DNA of 64,000 nt from Candidatus Heimdallarchaeota archaeon (GTDB taxonomy: Archaea > Asgardarchaeota > Heimdallarchaeia > Hodarchaeales > Hodarchaeaceae): assembly GCA_048881705.1 (NCBI GenBank), contig JBHLSH010000007.1, forward strand, positions 13,198-77,197. Direction: 5' to 3'. Under the pieces are notes generated by a model. That model made no database searches, was not told the DNA's origin, and was given only the letters and a program-made list of their open reading frames with translations. A program made the position numbers and the translations under genes. Each line of letters opens with the position of its first letter. The first letter of the stretch is position 1. Of the stretch, positions 1-8,729 are shown piece after piece.

Positions 1-2
1 AT

Positions 3-989
3 TTCGAAGAAGTCTCTTATTTACTCGTACACGGGGAGTTACCAACACAAAAGCAGCTGAGAGATTGGAAATCGCAAATAGTCAATGCTCGGGTGATACC
101 AAAGCAAATAATGGATCTCCTTGATAATCTTCCTCCGACAACTCACCCTATGTCTGTTTTAAGAACTGGAATTTCAACCTTGGGAACACTTGAACCAGAG
201 AAGGATCACGAAGGAATCCCTCAAGCAATCAGAATCTTGGGTATATTACCCAGCTTAATTGGCTACTGGGAGACAAGACGGGGGATACGAGATAAACGGA
301 ACCTCTTTCATACTAATGAGGATACTATCGCTGGGTACCTGCTTCAGATGCTGACCGGAACTTCTCCAGATCATCTGGATCGAGAGATGCTAGATAAGTC
401 TCTGATTCTGTATGCTGAACATGAATTTGCCGCTTCGACATTTGCGTTACGAGTATGTGCTTCAACGCTTGCCGATTATTACTCGTGTGTAGCTACTGCA
501 ATAGGAACTCTTTCAGGACCATTAAATGGCGGCGCTAACGAAGCTGCGATTAAATTTATGTTGCAATTCACGGATGCAGACGATGCAGAGCGCGGTGTAA
601 GGGAAAAGCTTGCGAATAGGGAATTAATATTTGGATTCGGACATGCGGTATATGCAGGTCATGATCCGCGTTCGAAAATCATCAAGGAAATTGCTGAAAA
701 CCTCTCAAATGCACGACCGAAACTAAGAAACCTCTTTGAGATTGCGACTCGAATTGAGAATGTTATGGAAGAAAAAGGGATGTATCCGAACCTGGATTTT
801 TATACCTCGACAGCTTATTATATGGCCAATATCGATATCCCCCTTTTTACTCCTATCTTTGTAGTAAGTCGTTTTAGTGGTTGGGCTGCGCATATACTTG
901 AACAAAGGGCCCACAATAAGCTTATCAGGCCCACAGCTGAATATATTGGGCCTATTGATAGGAATTATATTCCGATAGAGCAAAGATGA
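3..989 (+). CDS. prpC: Citrate synthase family protein, probable 2-methylcitrate synthase (5'-truncated by window edge)
   Basis: The frame is open from nt 3 ([15 protein letters not shown]...), so the gene starts before the window. Motifs [28 protein letters not shown] and R(F)SGWAAH are present, and prpD lies directly downstream. GPLHGGA reads GPLNGGA here (see findings). Confidence 0.85.
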   Translation, partial: FEEVSYLLVHGELPTQKQLRDWKSQIVNARVIPKQIMDLLDNLPPTTHPMSVLRTGISTLGTLEPEKDHEGIPQAIRILGILPSLIGYWETRRGIRDKRNLFHTNEDTIAGYLLQMLTGTSPDHLDREMLDKSLILYAEHEFAASTFALRVCASTLADYYSCVATAIGTLSGPLNGGANEAAIKFMLQFTDADDAERGVREKLANRELIFGFGHAVYAGHDPRSKIIKEIAENLSNARPKLRNLFEIATRIENVMEEKGMYPNLDFYTSTAYYMANIDIPLFTPIFVVSRFSGWAAHILEQRAHNKLIRPTAEYIGPIDRNYIPIEQR

Positions 990-1005
990 CATTGGAGGTT
1001 ATTTT

Positions 1006-2418
1006 TTGATAGATCCTGAACTCCTGGATATTGCAGATTATATTTTGGATTATGAACCTACTTCAAAAGAAGCGTATAATACCGCCCGGTTGTGTTTAAT
1101 GGACTCCATAGGGTGTGCTGTACTTGCTCTTCGTTTTCCTGAATGTACCAAGATGTTGGGACCTATAGTTCCTGGAACCATTGTTCCTGACGGAGTACGT
1201 GTTCCTGGAACTCCGTATGTCTTGGATCCATTGACAGCAGCATTTAATATTGGTGTTCTAATTCGATGGCTGGACTATAACGATACATGGCTAGCTGCGG
1301 AATGGGGGCACCCCTCTGATAATTTGGGAGCTATTCTTGCGGTAGGAGATTATCTTTCAAGAAAAAAGACTAGCCAAGGGGAGGAACCAATGAGAATGCA
1401 TGACATCTTTACCTGGATGATCAAAGCATACGAAGTTCAAGGGGTAATGGCCTTAGAAAACAGCTTCAATCAGAAAGGTATCGATCACGTCATTTTGGTT
1501 AAACTCGCGAGCGCCGCAGTCGCAGCTGGTATGTTAGGCTGCACCAAAGAACAGATAGTAAATGCGATATCCCAAGTTTGGGTTGATGGTGGAGCAATTC
1601 GGACATATAGACATGCTCCCAATACTGGAACGCGAAAAAGTTGGGCCGCTGGAGATGCTACGAGCCGAGGGGTGTTCTTGGCCCTTCAATCGCTCCGTGG
1701 GGAAATGGGATATAAATCGTGTCTTTCTGCTCCAACTTGGGGATATTACGATAGGATTTGGAATGGAGAACAATTCAAATTCCAAATGCCCTATGGATCT
1801 TATGTCATGGAGAATGTACTCTTCAAGGTTGGCTACCCCGCTGAATTTCATGGCCAATCCGCTGTCGAAGCGGCAATAAGGCTTCATCCATTGGTCAAGA
1901 ATCGGTTGGATAACATTGATCGCATAGAGATCGCGACTCATGAAGCGGCCATCAGGATAATTGACAAAAAAGGCCCACTCCAAAATCCTGCGGCTCGTGA
2001 TCACTGCCTCCAATATATGGTCGCAATCGCTCTTATGAAGGGTAACATCGTATACGAAGACTATGAGGACGAAACAGCAAACAATCCACTGATTGATGAA
2101 CTGAGAGAGAAGATGAAGGTATACGAGGATCCAACCTTCACTAGGGATTACCATGCGCCGGATAAACGTGCCATAGCCAACTCAATTCAAATTATCTTTG
2201 AGGACGGATCCCAAACCGAAAACATCCTAGTTGAGTATCCTTTGGGCCATCAGAGACGACGACCTGAGGCGACTCCGATGTTGGAAACGAAGTGTAAAAA
2301 CAACCTCCTTACTAGATACGTTACTGGCAAGGTTCAAAAAATCATGTCTTTGTTTCAAACCCAACAAATGTTGGAATCGATGCCTGTTACGACATTCATG
2401 GAACTCCTAGCGGTGTAA
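1006..2418 (+). CDS. prpD: 2-methylcitrate dehydratase (MmgE/PrpD family)
   Basis: Motifs [39 protein letters not shown] and RDHCLQY. GGAGG Shine-Dalgarno (SD) site precedes a TTG start. Confidence 0.95.
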   Translation: MIDPELLDIADYILDYEPTSKEAYNTARLCLMDSIGCAVLALRFPECTKMLGPIVPGTIVPDGVRVPGTPYVLDPLTAAFNIGVLIRWLDYNDTWLAAEWGHPSDNLGAILAVGDYLSRKKTSQGEEPMRMHDIFTWMIKAYEVQGVMALENSFNQKGIDHVILVKLASAAVAAGMLGCTKEQIVNAISQVWVDGGAIRTYRHAPNTGTRKSWAAGDATSRGVFLALQSLRGEMGYKSCLSAPTWGYYDRIWNGEQFKFQMPYGSYVMENVLFKVGYPAEFHGQSAVEAAIRLHPLVKNRLDNIDRIEIATHEAAIRIIDKKGPLQNPAARDHCLQYMVAIALMKGNIVYEDYEDETANNPLIDELREKMKVYEDPTFTRDYHAPDKRAIANSIQIIFEDGSQTENILVEYPLGHQRRRPEATPMLETKCKNNLLTRYVTGKVQKIMSLFQTQQMLESMPVTTFMELLAV

Positions 2419-2506
2419 GCCATAATATTCCAGAATCGAAATACATTTCCAATAAACTCTGCTAGGATAAAAGGACCATAAAGCTAGACTTTGAAAAACA
2501 AATTTT

Positions 2507-3106
2507 CTAGCTGAAAAAGATATCTAGTGACTTGAGTATTTTCTCCTTTGGCACAGTGTTCTTCCATTTTTTTGCTAAACTCTTTATACGTTTTGACTGC
2601 TTACGTCCTCTGATGATCTGGGATTGTGCGAAGTTTTCCCACAATGTCTGATAATTCTCCTCACTCAAGTCATTCAGAATCGAAATCTCAGGAAGTGAAC
2701 TTTCTAGATCCCCAAGAACTTCACCTAATGATTGGTCAGTTGATAGAACCCGTGATGCTGTGGGTGTCCAAAATGTACCTCTCTGTGACTCCAATATGAT
2801 AATAAACTCTGGAAATCTCTTTTTGAAAAAGAATAAAAGTTCTTCTTCGTTCCGATGCTTCATTTTCTTCGTTTTTGCGTATAAAATTCCATGCTTTGAT
2901 ATAGATGGCCGTAGGAAAGCTTTATGAGAATGTAAATCCGCATCCACTTCTCGACTCATCGCTACCGCCTCTTTGGCAATTTCATTACCAACATTTTCCA
3001 AAATTACCTCGGGAACAGACTTCACTCGATTAAAAAACTCTTCTGTTATATCCTTGTGTCTGGATAAAGAATCCAACACTTTTTTTCTTTTAATTTTTCC
3101 GTACAT
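2507..3106 (-). CDS. DUF4130 (TIGR03915-like) putative DNA-metabolism protein
   Basis: HKAFLRP...GILYAK, FFKKRFP and YQTLWENF..SQ.I..R resemble DUF4130. It sits immediately downstream of its usual radical SAM partner. Confidence 0.7.
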   Translation of the reverse strand: MYGKIKRKKVLDSLSRHKDITEEFFNRVKSVPEVILENVGNEIAKEAVAMSREVDADLHSHKAFLRPSISKHGILYAKTKKMKHRNEEELLFFFKKRFPEFIIILESQRGTFWTPTASRVLSTDQSLGEVLGDLESSLPEISILNDLSEENYQTLWENFAQSQIIRGRKQSKRIKSLAKKWKNTVPKEKILKSLDIFFS

Positions 3107-3127
3107 AACTCTTACCCTTCGAATGTT

Positions 3128-4300
3128 CTAAAGAAATTCAGTAATTCTTGAGTATCTTCTCCCTTTAACTATTAGAAATGGTTTTGCTCTTTTTACTATG
3201 ACTCCCAATTTTTTCAAATCTCCTATATAATGTATCTCTCTCTTAACTCTTCTAAGGTTAATGATTCTTCTTGCGGATATTTCTCCAATTCCAGGAACAC
3301 GAAGGAGTTCGTTATATGAAGCTTCATTCACATCTAATGGAAAAAGATCATCTCTAGCGGCCAGTGACATCTTTGGATCGATGTTCAATGGGATCATTTC
3401 TGAGTCATCCAAGATCGTATAGATATCTCCCACTTGATAGTTATATTTTCGAAGTAGCCAATCGATTCTATAGAGAAAGTGTTCTCTTCTTCTGGGATTG
3501 GCGGATATTTCCCTATTACCTAATGGTGTTCCCTTAATTGGCGTAAAGTGCGAGAAATATCCACGTTTTAAATTGAGGTATTTGTATTCCCAATAAAGTC
3601 TCTCAATAATCTCACGATCGGTTTCGCCTGTTGTACCAACTATAAATTGCGTGGTTTGACCCGCAGGAACTAGTCCCCTGCGAATGAATTGAGAGATTTG
3701 CTTCTGACACCTGATTATATCGTTATGATAATCTTTCATACTGGAGACTTCAGACAAACGGGATGAGCTTGGGAGCTCGATATTAAGACTAACCCGATCA
3801 GCCAATTCCATTATCCGCTTGATGTATTCCTTATCTGTTCCCGGAAGCACTTTGATGTGTAAATATCCATGGAAAAGATACTTTTTACGAATTAGGTTCA
3901 GAGCTTCGATCATCTTTTCAGTGGTATACGTAGTATTACGGCAAACTCCAGAGGATAAGAAAAGACCTTCAACGTAATTTCGGATGTATAATCCCATAAA
4001 AGCTCGTGCTAATTCAGTAGGTTTGAACATAACCTTGGTTTTGGCCTTGACGGAGTTATTCACACAATATGCACAATCATAAATGCATTCATTAGTCATC
4101 AATACCTTGAAGAGACTGATACATCTGCCGTCAGGGGCAAAGGCATGACAAATGCCCATTTTATCCGTGTTTCCTATTCGATTATTTCTAGAAACATTTC
4201 TAGGTGAAGCCATTGATGCACAGACATCAAACTTGCTTGCCTCTCCAAGGATTTCGATTTTTCTTTCCAGGGCACCCATAAAAGGCATTTCTCCCTGCAA
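3128..4300 (-). CDS. Putative DNA modification/repair radical SAM protein (TIGR03916 type) with C-terminal helix-hairpin-helix
   Basis: KFDVCAS, GICHAFAPDGRCISLFKVLMTNEC, CxxxCxxC (CIYDCAYC), GLFLSSG, and HhH LDVNEASYNELLRVPGIG. Confidence 0.93.
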   Translation of the reverse strand: MQGEMPFMGALERKIEILGEASKFDVCASMASPRNVSRNNRIGNTDKMGICHAFAPDGRCISLFKVLMTNECIYDCAYCVNNSVKAKTKVMFKPTELARAFMGLYIRNYVEGLFLSSGVCRNTTYTTEKMIEALNLIRKKYLFHGYLHIKVLPGTDKEYIKRIMELADRVSLNIELPSSSRLSEVSSMKDYHNDIIRCQKQISQFIRRGLVPAGQTTQFIVGTTGETDREIIERLYWEYKYLNLKRGYFSHFTPIKGTPLGNREISANPRRREHFLYRIDWLLRKYNYQVGDIYTILDDSEMIPLNIDPKMSLAARDDLFPLDVNEASYNELLRVPGIGEISARRIINLRRVKREIHYIGDLKKLGVIVKRAKPFLIVKGRRYSRITEFL

Positions 4301-4639
4301 TATCTTTCAAGAAAGTACGATTAAGCTAGAAACTATATTTCAAAAGGTTTTATAGGGCTTTAGTAAAAGCTATATCGAGTTTATGGGAAATTTAAAGGAA
4401 GAAAATAGTTACATTCATCATTTCTTGAATGTAGTTAATGTGAGAAATCAATTAATGCTCCCATGATTCCGAACTCAAGCATAGTATTCGCCTCAAAATC
4501 TGAACAAAAGTATACGTCTACTTAAATGCCATTTTACCATTTACTCCTGATTAAAGTACTGTTTAGCCCAATTCTTATTAACTAGGAAAAGAAGGGGTAA
4601 AAATCTAATTCATAAATGTCCTTTTCAATAATCATTGGG

Positions 4640-4789
4640 CTAAGGAGACTTTATTTCGGCCAAGATCGCCCAGATTAAGGCAATTGGAATAATATTTCCA
4701 AATGACCAGATCAACAATTTATTTGAATCCTTGGACTTATATTCTCTCGAAAATTGATCACGCATAATCCCAAAAGTTGTATCAATCAT
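4640..4789 (-). CDS. Possible 49-aa small membrane protein (not in ORF track)
   Basis: Manual translation MIDTTFGIMRDQFSREYKSKDSNKLLIWSFGNIIPIALIWAILAEIKSP* has one hydrophobic segment and lies in an otherwise empty 800-bp intergenic region. Confidence 0.25.
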   Translation of the reverse strand: MIDTTFGIMRDQFSREYKSKDSNKLLIWSFGNIIPIALIWAILAEIKSP

Positions 4790-5091
4790 TGATGCTAAGT
4801 ATTGGAATTTGCAGCCCAGTGGTGCATATGATGAGACTAATTTATGTCATCTGATTAGAGTTCAGAGATATAATCGTCGAAAGTCAATTTTTTTCGTTTT
4901 AATCTATCATTTGACTAATTCCTATCAATAGTTATTGAGAATACGGTCTGTTTACAATGTAAGAAGGAGATTGGACGTAAAGCGATTGCAAAGTAATCAA
5001 TGTTCTCCCGTTAAATTTAAAACAAACCGTTTTCTCTCGCTCCATGATTTTCGATCAAAGCTAAAATGGTTCAGAATTTCCTTCGCATGAA

Positions 5092-6489
5092 TTGGGGATT
5101 CCTCCAATGTCCAAGAATGCTGACGTTGAAAAATTAATCAAGAAAGCTGATCTGCCTAATAGACAAGCTGAAGCTTGGCATCCTTTTTATCAAGGCAAAA
5201 TTGAAGTTACTCCCAAAGTAAAAATTGATGACTTTTCAGATTTCGCCGTCTGGTATACACCAGGGGTTGCAAGGGCATGTAAGATAATAGCGGATGAAAT
5301 CAATAATTTTGGGTCATCAAAAGCTTCCTACACTTTTACGAACAGATGGAACAACGTTGCGGTTGTTAGTGATGGATCTAGGGTATTGGGATTGGGTGAT
5401 ATCGGTCCTGAGGCGAGTATGCCCGTGATGGAAGGAAAAGCTCTACTATTTAAATATTTAGGCGGTGTAGATGCATTCCCCATCTGTTTGGATTGCCATG
5501 ATACTGAAGAAATCATAACAGCGGTGAAATGGATTCAACCCACTTTTGGTGGAATAAACCTTGAGGATATTTCTCAACCGAAGTGTTTTGAAGTACTTGA
5601 TAGATTACGCGATGATAAAGATGTTAGGATCCCCGTTTGGCATGACGATCAACAAGGAACGGCAGCCATCATTCTAGCTGCTTTTTTCAATGCCATAAAA
5701 TACGTTAATAAGAAAATTGACGAAGTTTTAATATCTATGGTGGGTGCTGGAGCTGCCAATATTGCTGCTGCTCGTGTGATGATCGCCGCGGGAGTTCCGC
5801 AAAAGAACATCATAATGGTGGATACAAAAGGAATCCTATCGCAAACTCGAAAGGATATCGAAGCGGTAAAAGACGAATGGAAATATAAATGGAATATGTG
5901 CCTAAATTCTAATGGAGAAGGGCGGCAGGGAGATTTATTGGCCGCCATGAGGAACACTGATGTCGTTATTGCTGCGAGCTGTCCTGGCCCTGGTATTATT
6001 AAACCAGAGCATGTTAAAGCAATGAATGATAATGCAATAGTCTTTGCGTGTGCGAACCCTGTTCCAGAGATCTGGCCTTGGGAAGCAAAGGAGGCGGGGG
6101 CCTGTATTATTGCCACCGGACGTTCGGACTTTCCCAATCAGGTTAACAATAGTCTGGGCTTTCCAGGGATATTTCGGGGTACCTTAGATGTCCAAGCTGT
6201 CACCATCACTGATAATATGGTTATTGCGGCCGCTAATGAGCTGGCTAAAACAGCTGAAGATAAAGGGTTATCACCAGAATATATTGTTCCGGATATGGAT
6301 GAATGGGAGGTTTTTCCTCGCGAGGCTGCGGCGGTTGGACAACAAGGGATAAAAGATAGCGTTGCAAGAAGGAAATTGTCTTATAAGGAGGCTTTCGAAA
6401 AGGCAGAATGCATAATTAAGAAAGCCCGTGAACAAACTCGATCTATGATGGACTTGAAATACATATTGCGGCCACCCGATGTGAGATAG
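5092..6489 (+). CDS. maeA: NAD(P)-dependent malic enzyme (single-domain MaeA/archaeal type)
   Basis: [57 protein letters not shown]. Confidence 0.95.
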   Translation: MGIPPMSKNADVEKLIKKADLPNRQAEAWHPFYQGKIEVTPKVKIDDFSDFAVWYTPGVARACKIIADEINNFGSSKASYTFTNRWNNVAVVSDGSRVLGLGDIGPEASMPVMEGKALLFKYLGGVDAFPICLDCHDTEEIITAVKWIQPTFGGINLEDISQPKCFEVLDRLRDDKDVRIPVWHDDQQGTAAIILAAFFNAIKYVNKKIDEVLISMVGAGAANIAAARVMIAAGVPQKNIIMVDTKGILSQTRKDIEAVKDEWKYKWNMCLNSNGEGRQGDLLAAMRNTDVVIAASCPGPGIIKPEHVKAMNDNAIVFACANPVPEIWPWEAKEAGACIIATGRSDFPNQVNNSLGFPGIFRGTLDVQAVTITDNMVIAAANELAKTAEDKGLSPEYIVPDMDEWEVFPREAAAVGQQGIKDSVARRKLSYKEAFEKAECIIKKAREQTRSMMDLKYILRPPDVR

Positions 6490-6536
6490 CAGGGGGCAAA
6501 CCATAGATCAGTTGGCACCCAGAACTGCCGATGGAT

Positions 6537-7109
6537 TCAAGACGACCAAGGTTTTCCCCACTCTTCCGTGAATGCGACATCTTTCATATTGAGCCTAATT
6601 CTCCTTCCCCTTGGCTTTATTATACTGGGATGGGGATATCCGAATGGAATGACTGTAATTAATCTGTATCGCCCCGTCATAGGGACACCCAAAAGCTCCT
6701 TTCCCTTTTCCCAAAAATTGGTGACCCAAACACTTCCAATGCCATAGCTCCATGCGATTAACACCATATTCTGAACCGCTCTCGCGGCATCAATCTCTGG
6801 CAGTTTTGCATCCTCGGTAATTATCGCAATGGCCATTGGTGCATCTGCTATAAAATCTCCAGAGTAGGTCATCAGACTAATACGCTTAAGCTTGTTTTTA
6901 TCCCGAATAACAATCATTCTAACCGGCTGTGAATTTTTGGAAGAGGGAGCCAATCTGCCAGCCTCTAGTATTTTGGTAATGATATCTATGGGTATCGGCT
7001 TAACATCAAATACGCGAATTGCACGACGGGTTTTGATAACGGTTTGCATGTCCATTTTAAATTCACCTACATAAACTTCCACAGACTTTAATTGGATAAT
7101 AGGCCACAA
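6537..7109 (-). CDS. Nitroreductase family protein
   Basis: IKTRRAIR.F, APSSKNSQP, A.QNM.L.A...GIGSVW, IPFGYP. Confidence 0.92.
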   Translation of the reverse strand: MWPIIQLKSVEVYVGEFKMDMQTVIKTRRAIRVFDVKPIPIDIITKILEAGRLAPSSKNSQPVRMIVIRDKNKLKRISLMTYSGDFIADAPMAIAIITEDAKLPEIDAARAVQNMVLIAWSYGIGSVWVTNFWEKGKELLGVPMTGRYRLITVIPFGYPHPSIIKPRGRRIRLNMKDVAFTEEWGKPWSS

Positions 7110-7335
7110 TATATTGGATGATTTATATTGGCCCAGCTGTCGCCCTTTTTAATATTAATTTGATGCTAGAAACAGAAGAGGTGATGGTTTTTCACTTCGT
7201 ACTGGTTTAATACGATAGTTTTAATCCTTGATGCAATCTATTCCCTTAATTTTGGAAATTTACCCACACCTCGTAAGCCATGTTCATCTATTATTCTAGA
7301 TTCGCTTTTGATTTAAGTCTATCAATTGAAAAAGA

Positions 7336-7866
7336 TTATTTGGTAATGAGGTTGTATCTTGCAATTGCCTCAAGGACAAGGCGTTCAGCCTCATTCTCAT
7401 CTCCCCAGCCAACAATTTTTGTGGTTTTGCCTCGTTCCAAATGTTTGTAGGTATCGAAAAACTCCTCTATCTCGTTTAAGAGGTGCTTAGGTATAGAGCT
7501 AATAGACTCAATTTCTTCCATACGGGGATCTTCAGTTGGGATAGCTACAATCTTATCGTCCTCTCCTTTTTCGTCCTCCATTTTTAAAACAGCAACTGGT
7601 TTGGCCGCTATTATGCTGCCTGGGATTAACATGCTACCCACACTAGAGTGAATCAAAACGTCCAATGGATCACCGTCTTCACAGAGTGTTTTCGGGATAA
7701 AACCATATGCGGTGGGATAGACCACTGATGAATGTAATATCCTGTCCACAAACACAGCATTATAGGTCTCATTATATTCATATTTGACTTTAGAGCCAGA
7801 AGGGATCTCTACACGGACAAAAATTCTCCTTGGCGGCATGGGACCAGGAGGAAGTTCGTTCTTCAT
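7336..7866 (-). CDS. ppa: Family I soluble inorganic pyrophosphatase
   Basis: VEIPSGS.VKYEY, YPTAYGFIPKT, DGDPLDV signature, D.KIVA, FFDTYK.LE.GK. Confidence 0.97.
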   Translation of the reverse strand: MKNELPPGPMPPRRIFVRVEIPSGSKVKYEYNETYNAVFVDRILHSSVVYPTAYGFIPKTLCEDGDPLDVLIHSSVGSMLIPGSIIAAKPVAVLKMEDEKGEDDKIVAIPTEDPRMEEIESISSIPKHLLNEIEEFFDTYKHLERGKTTKIVGWGDENEAERLVLEAIARYNLITK

Positions 7867-8035
7867 AGGTTATCTAAGGAAAGTCGTTGGATAAAGCATT
7901 TACCAGGATTTGGAATACTGACCGTACATTCACTTTTGTTTTCAAAATCATTCTAGAGAGATTGATGGAGTCCCCCAAAGACATATTTCATTCTAAATTA
8001 AATTCATGATATTTTAGCAATGTTTTTGGAAGAAA

Positions 8036-8170
8036 TTACTTCACGGATGGTCTTGATAATGGATTTGAATCCTCTCCCGGAGTTGAATAGGAAGTTCGTA
8101 CTGTTTGATAGCGATTTAATGCCTCCATAAATGCTTCGGGTGTATCTAGTTTAATTCGATCCTTCTTCAT
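8036..8170 (-). CDS. Possible 44-aa small protein (not in ORF track)
   Basis: Manual translation MKKDRIKLDTPEAFMEALNRYQTVRTSYSTPGEDSNPLSRPSVK*. GGAG lies about 10 nt upstream of the ATG, and the composition is protein-like. Confidence 0.4.
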   Translation of the reverse strand: MKKDRIKLDTPEAFMEALNRYQTVRTSYSTPGEDSNPLSRPSVK

Positions 8171-8729
8171 GTGATTGATTACTCCAATGATCTTTTATAG
8201 CATCATTTCTCAAAGCGAGCAAAGGAAAGGGGAGTTTTACAGGTTCGTCTCCAAATAAAAACTTGCATGGTATCACTGTAATATAGGAGATAGGAAAAAA
8301 CTGTCTGGAATTTATCTATCGTGGATACAGTCAGGTATTTCCAGACTAAACACTTCCATATCAATACCCCATATCCAATAAGAAACTGGAGTTAATGTTA
8401 ATTGAGATCATACAAAGGAGAAGGCCTTGTGATACGGTAAGTTACATATTACTTTCATCAAGGACATATTATGGGCATTTCTATTAACAGATTTCAATTT
8501 CTTGCTCCAGTGATGGAAATTAAGAATATCATGATCGCTGGAAAAAATAGTGTGACCTGAAAGGAGGCCGCGATGGGGAGGGCTAAGGGAGGTACCCATA
8601 TGATTGTGATTTGTCGTAAATCATCTCGAGCTGCTAGAGTTCACATAGGAAAGTGGGCTTACTCCTAAAAATGGTTTTTTAGTGATTCTGTTAATCTTTT
8701 GTATCAGCTTGCTAGTTTTCATTGAGGAA

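Noticed and set aside
8400-8670. Plus-strand frame with stops (…HQGHIMG…IKNIMIAG…*…) and two strong SD-like sites before tiny basic ORFs; also the 63-aa minus ORF 8408-8599
   Set aside because: The faint resemblance to a phytoene-dehydrogenase C-terminus is too weak to call a pseudogene, and no convincing protein is encoded in either direction.
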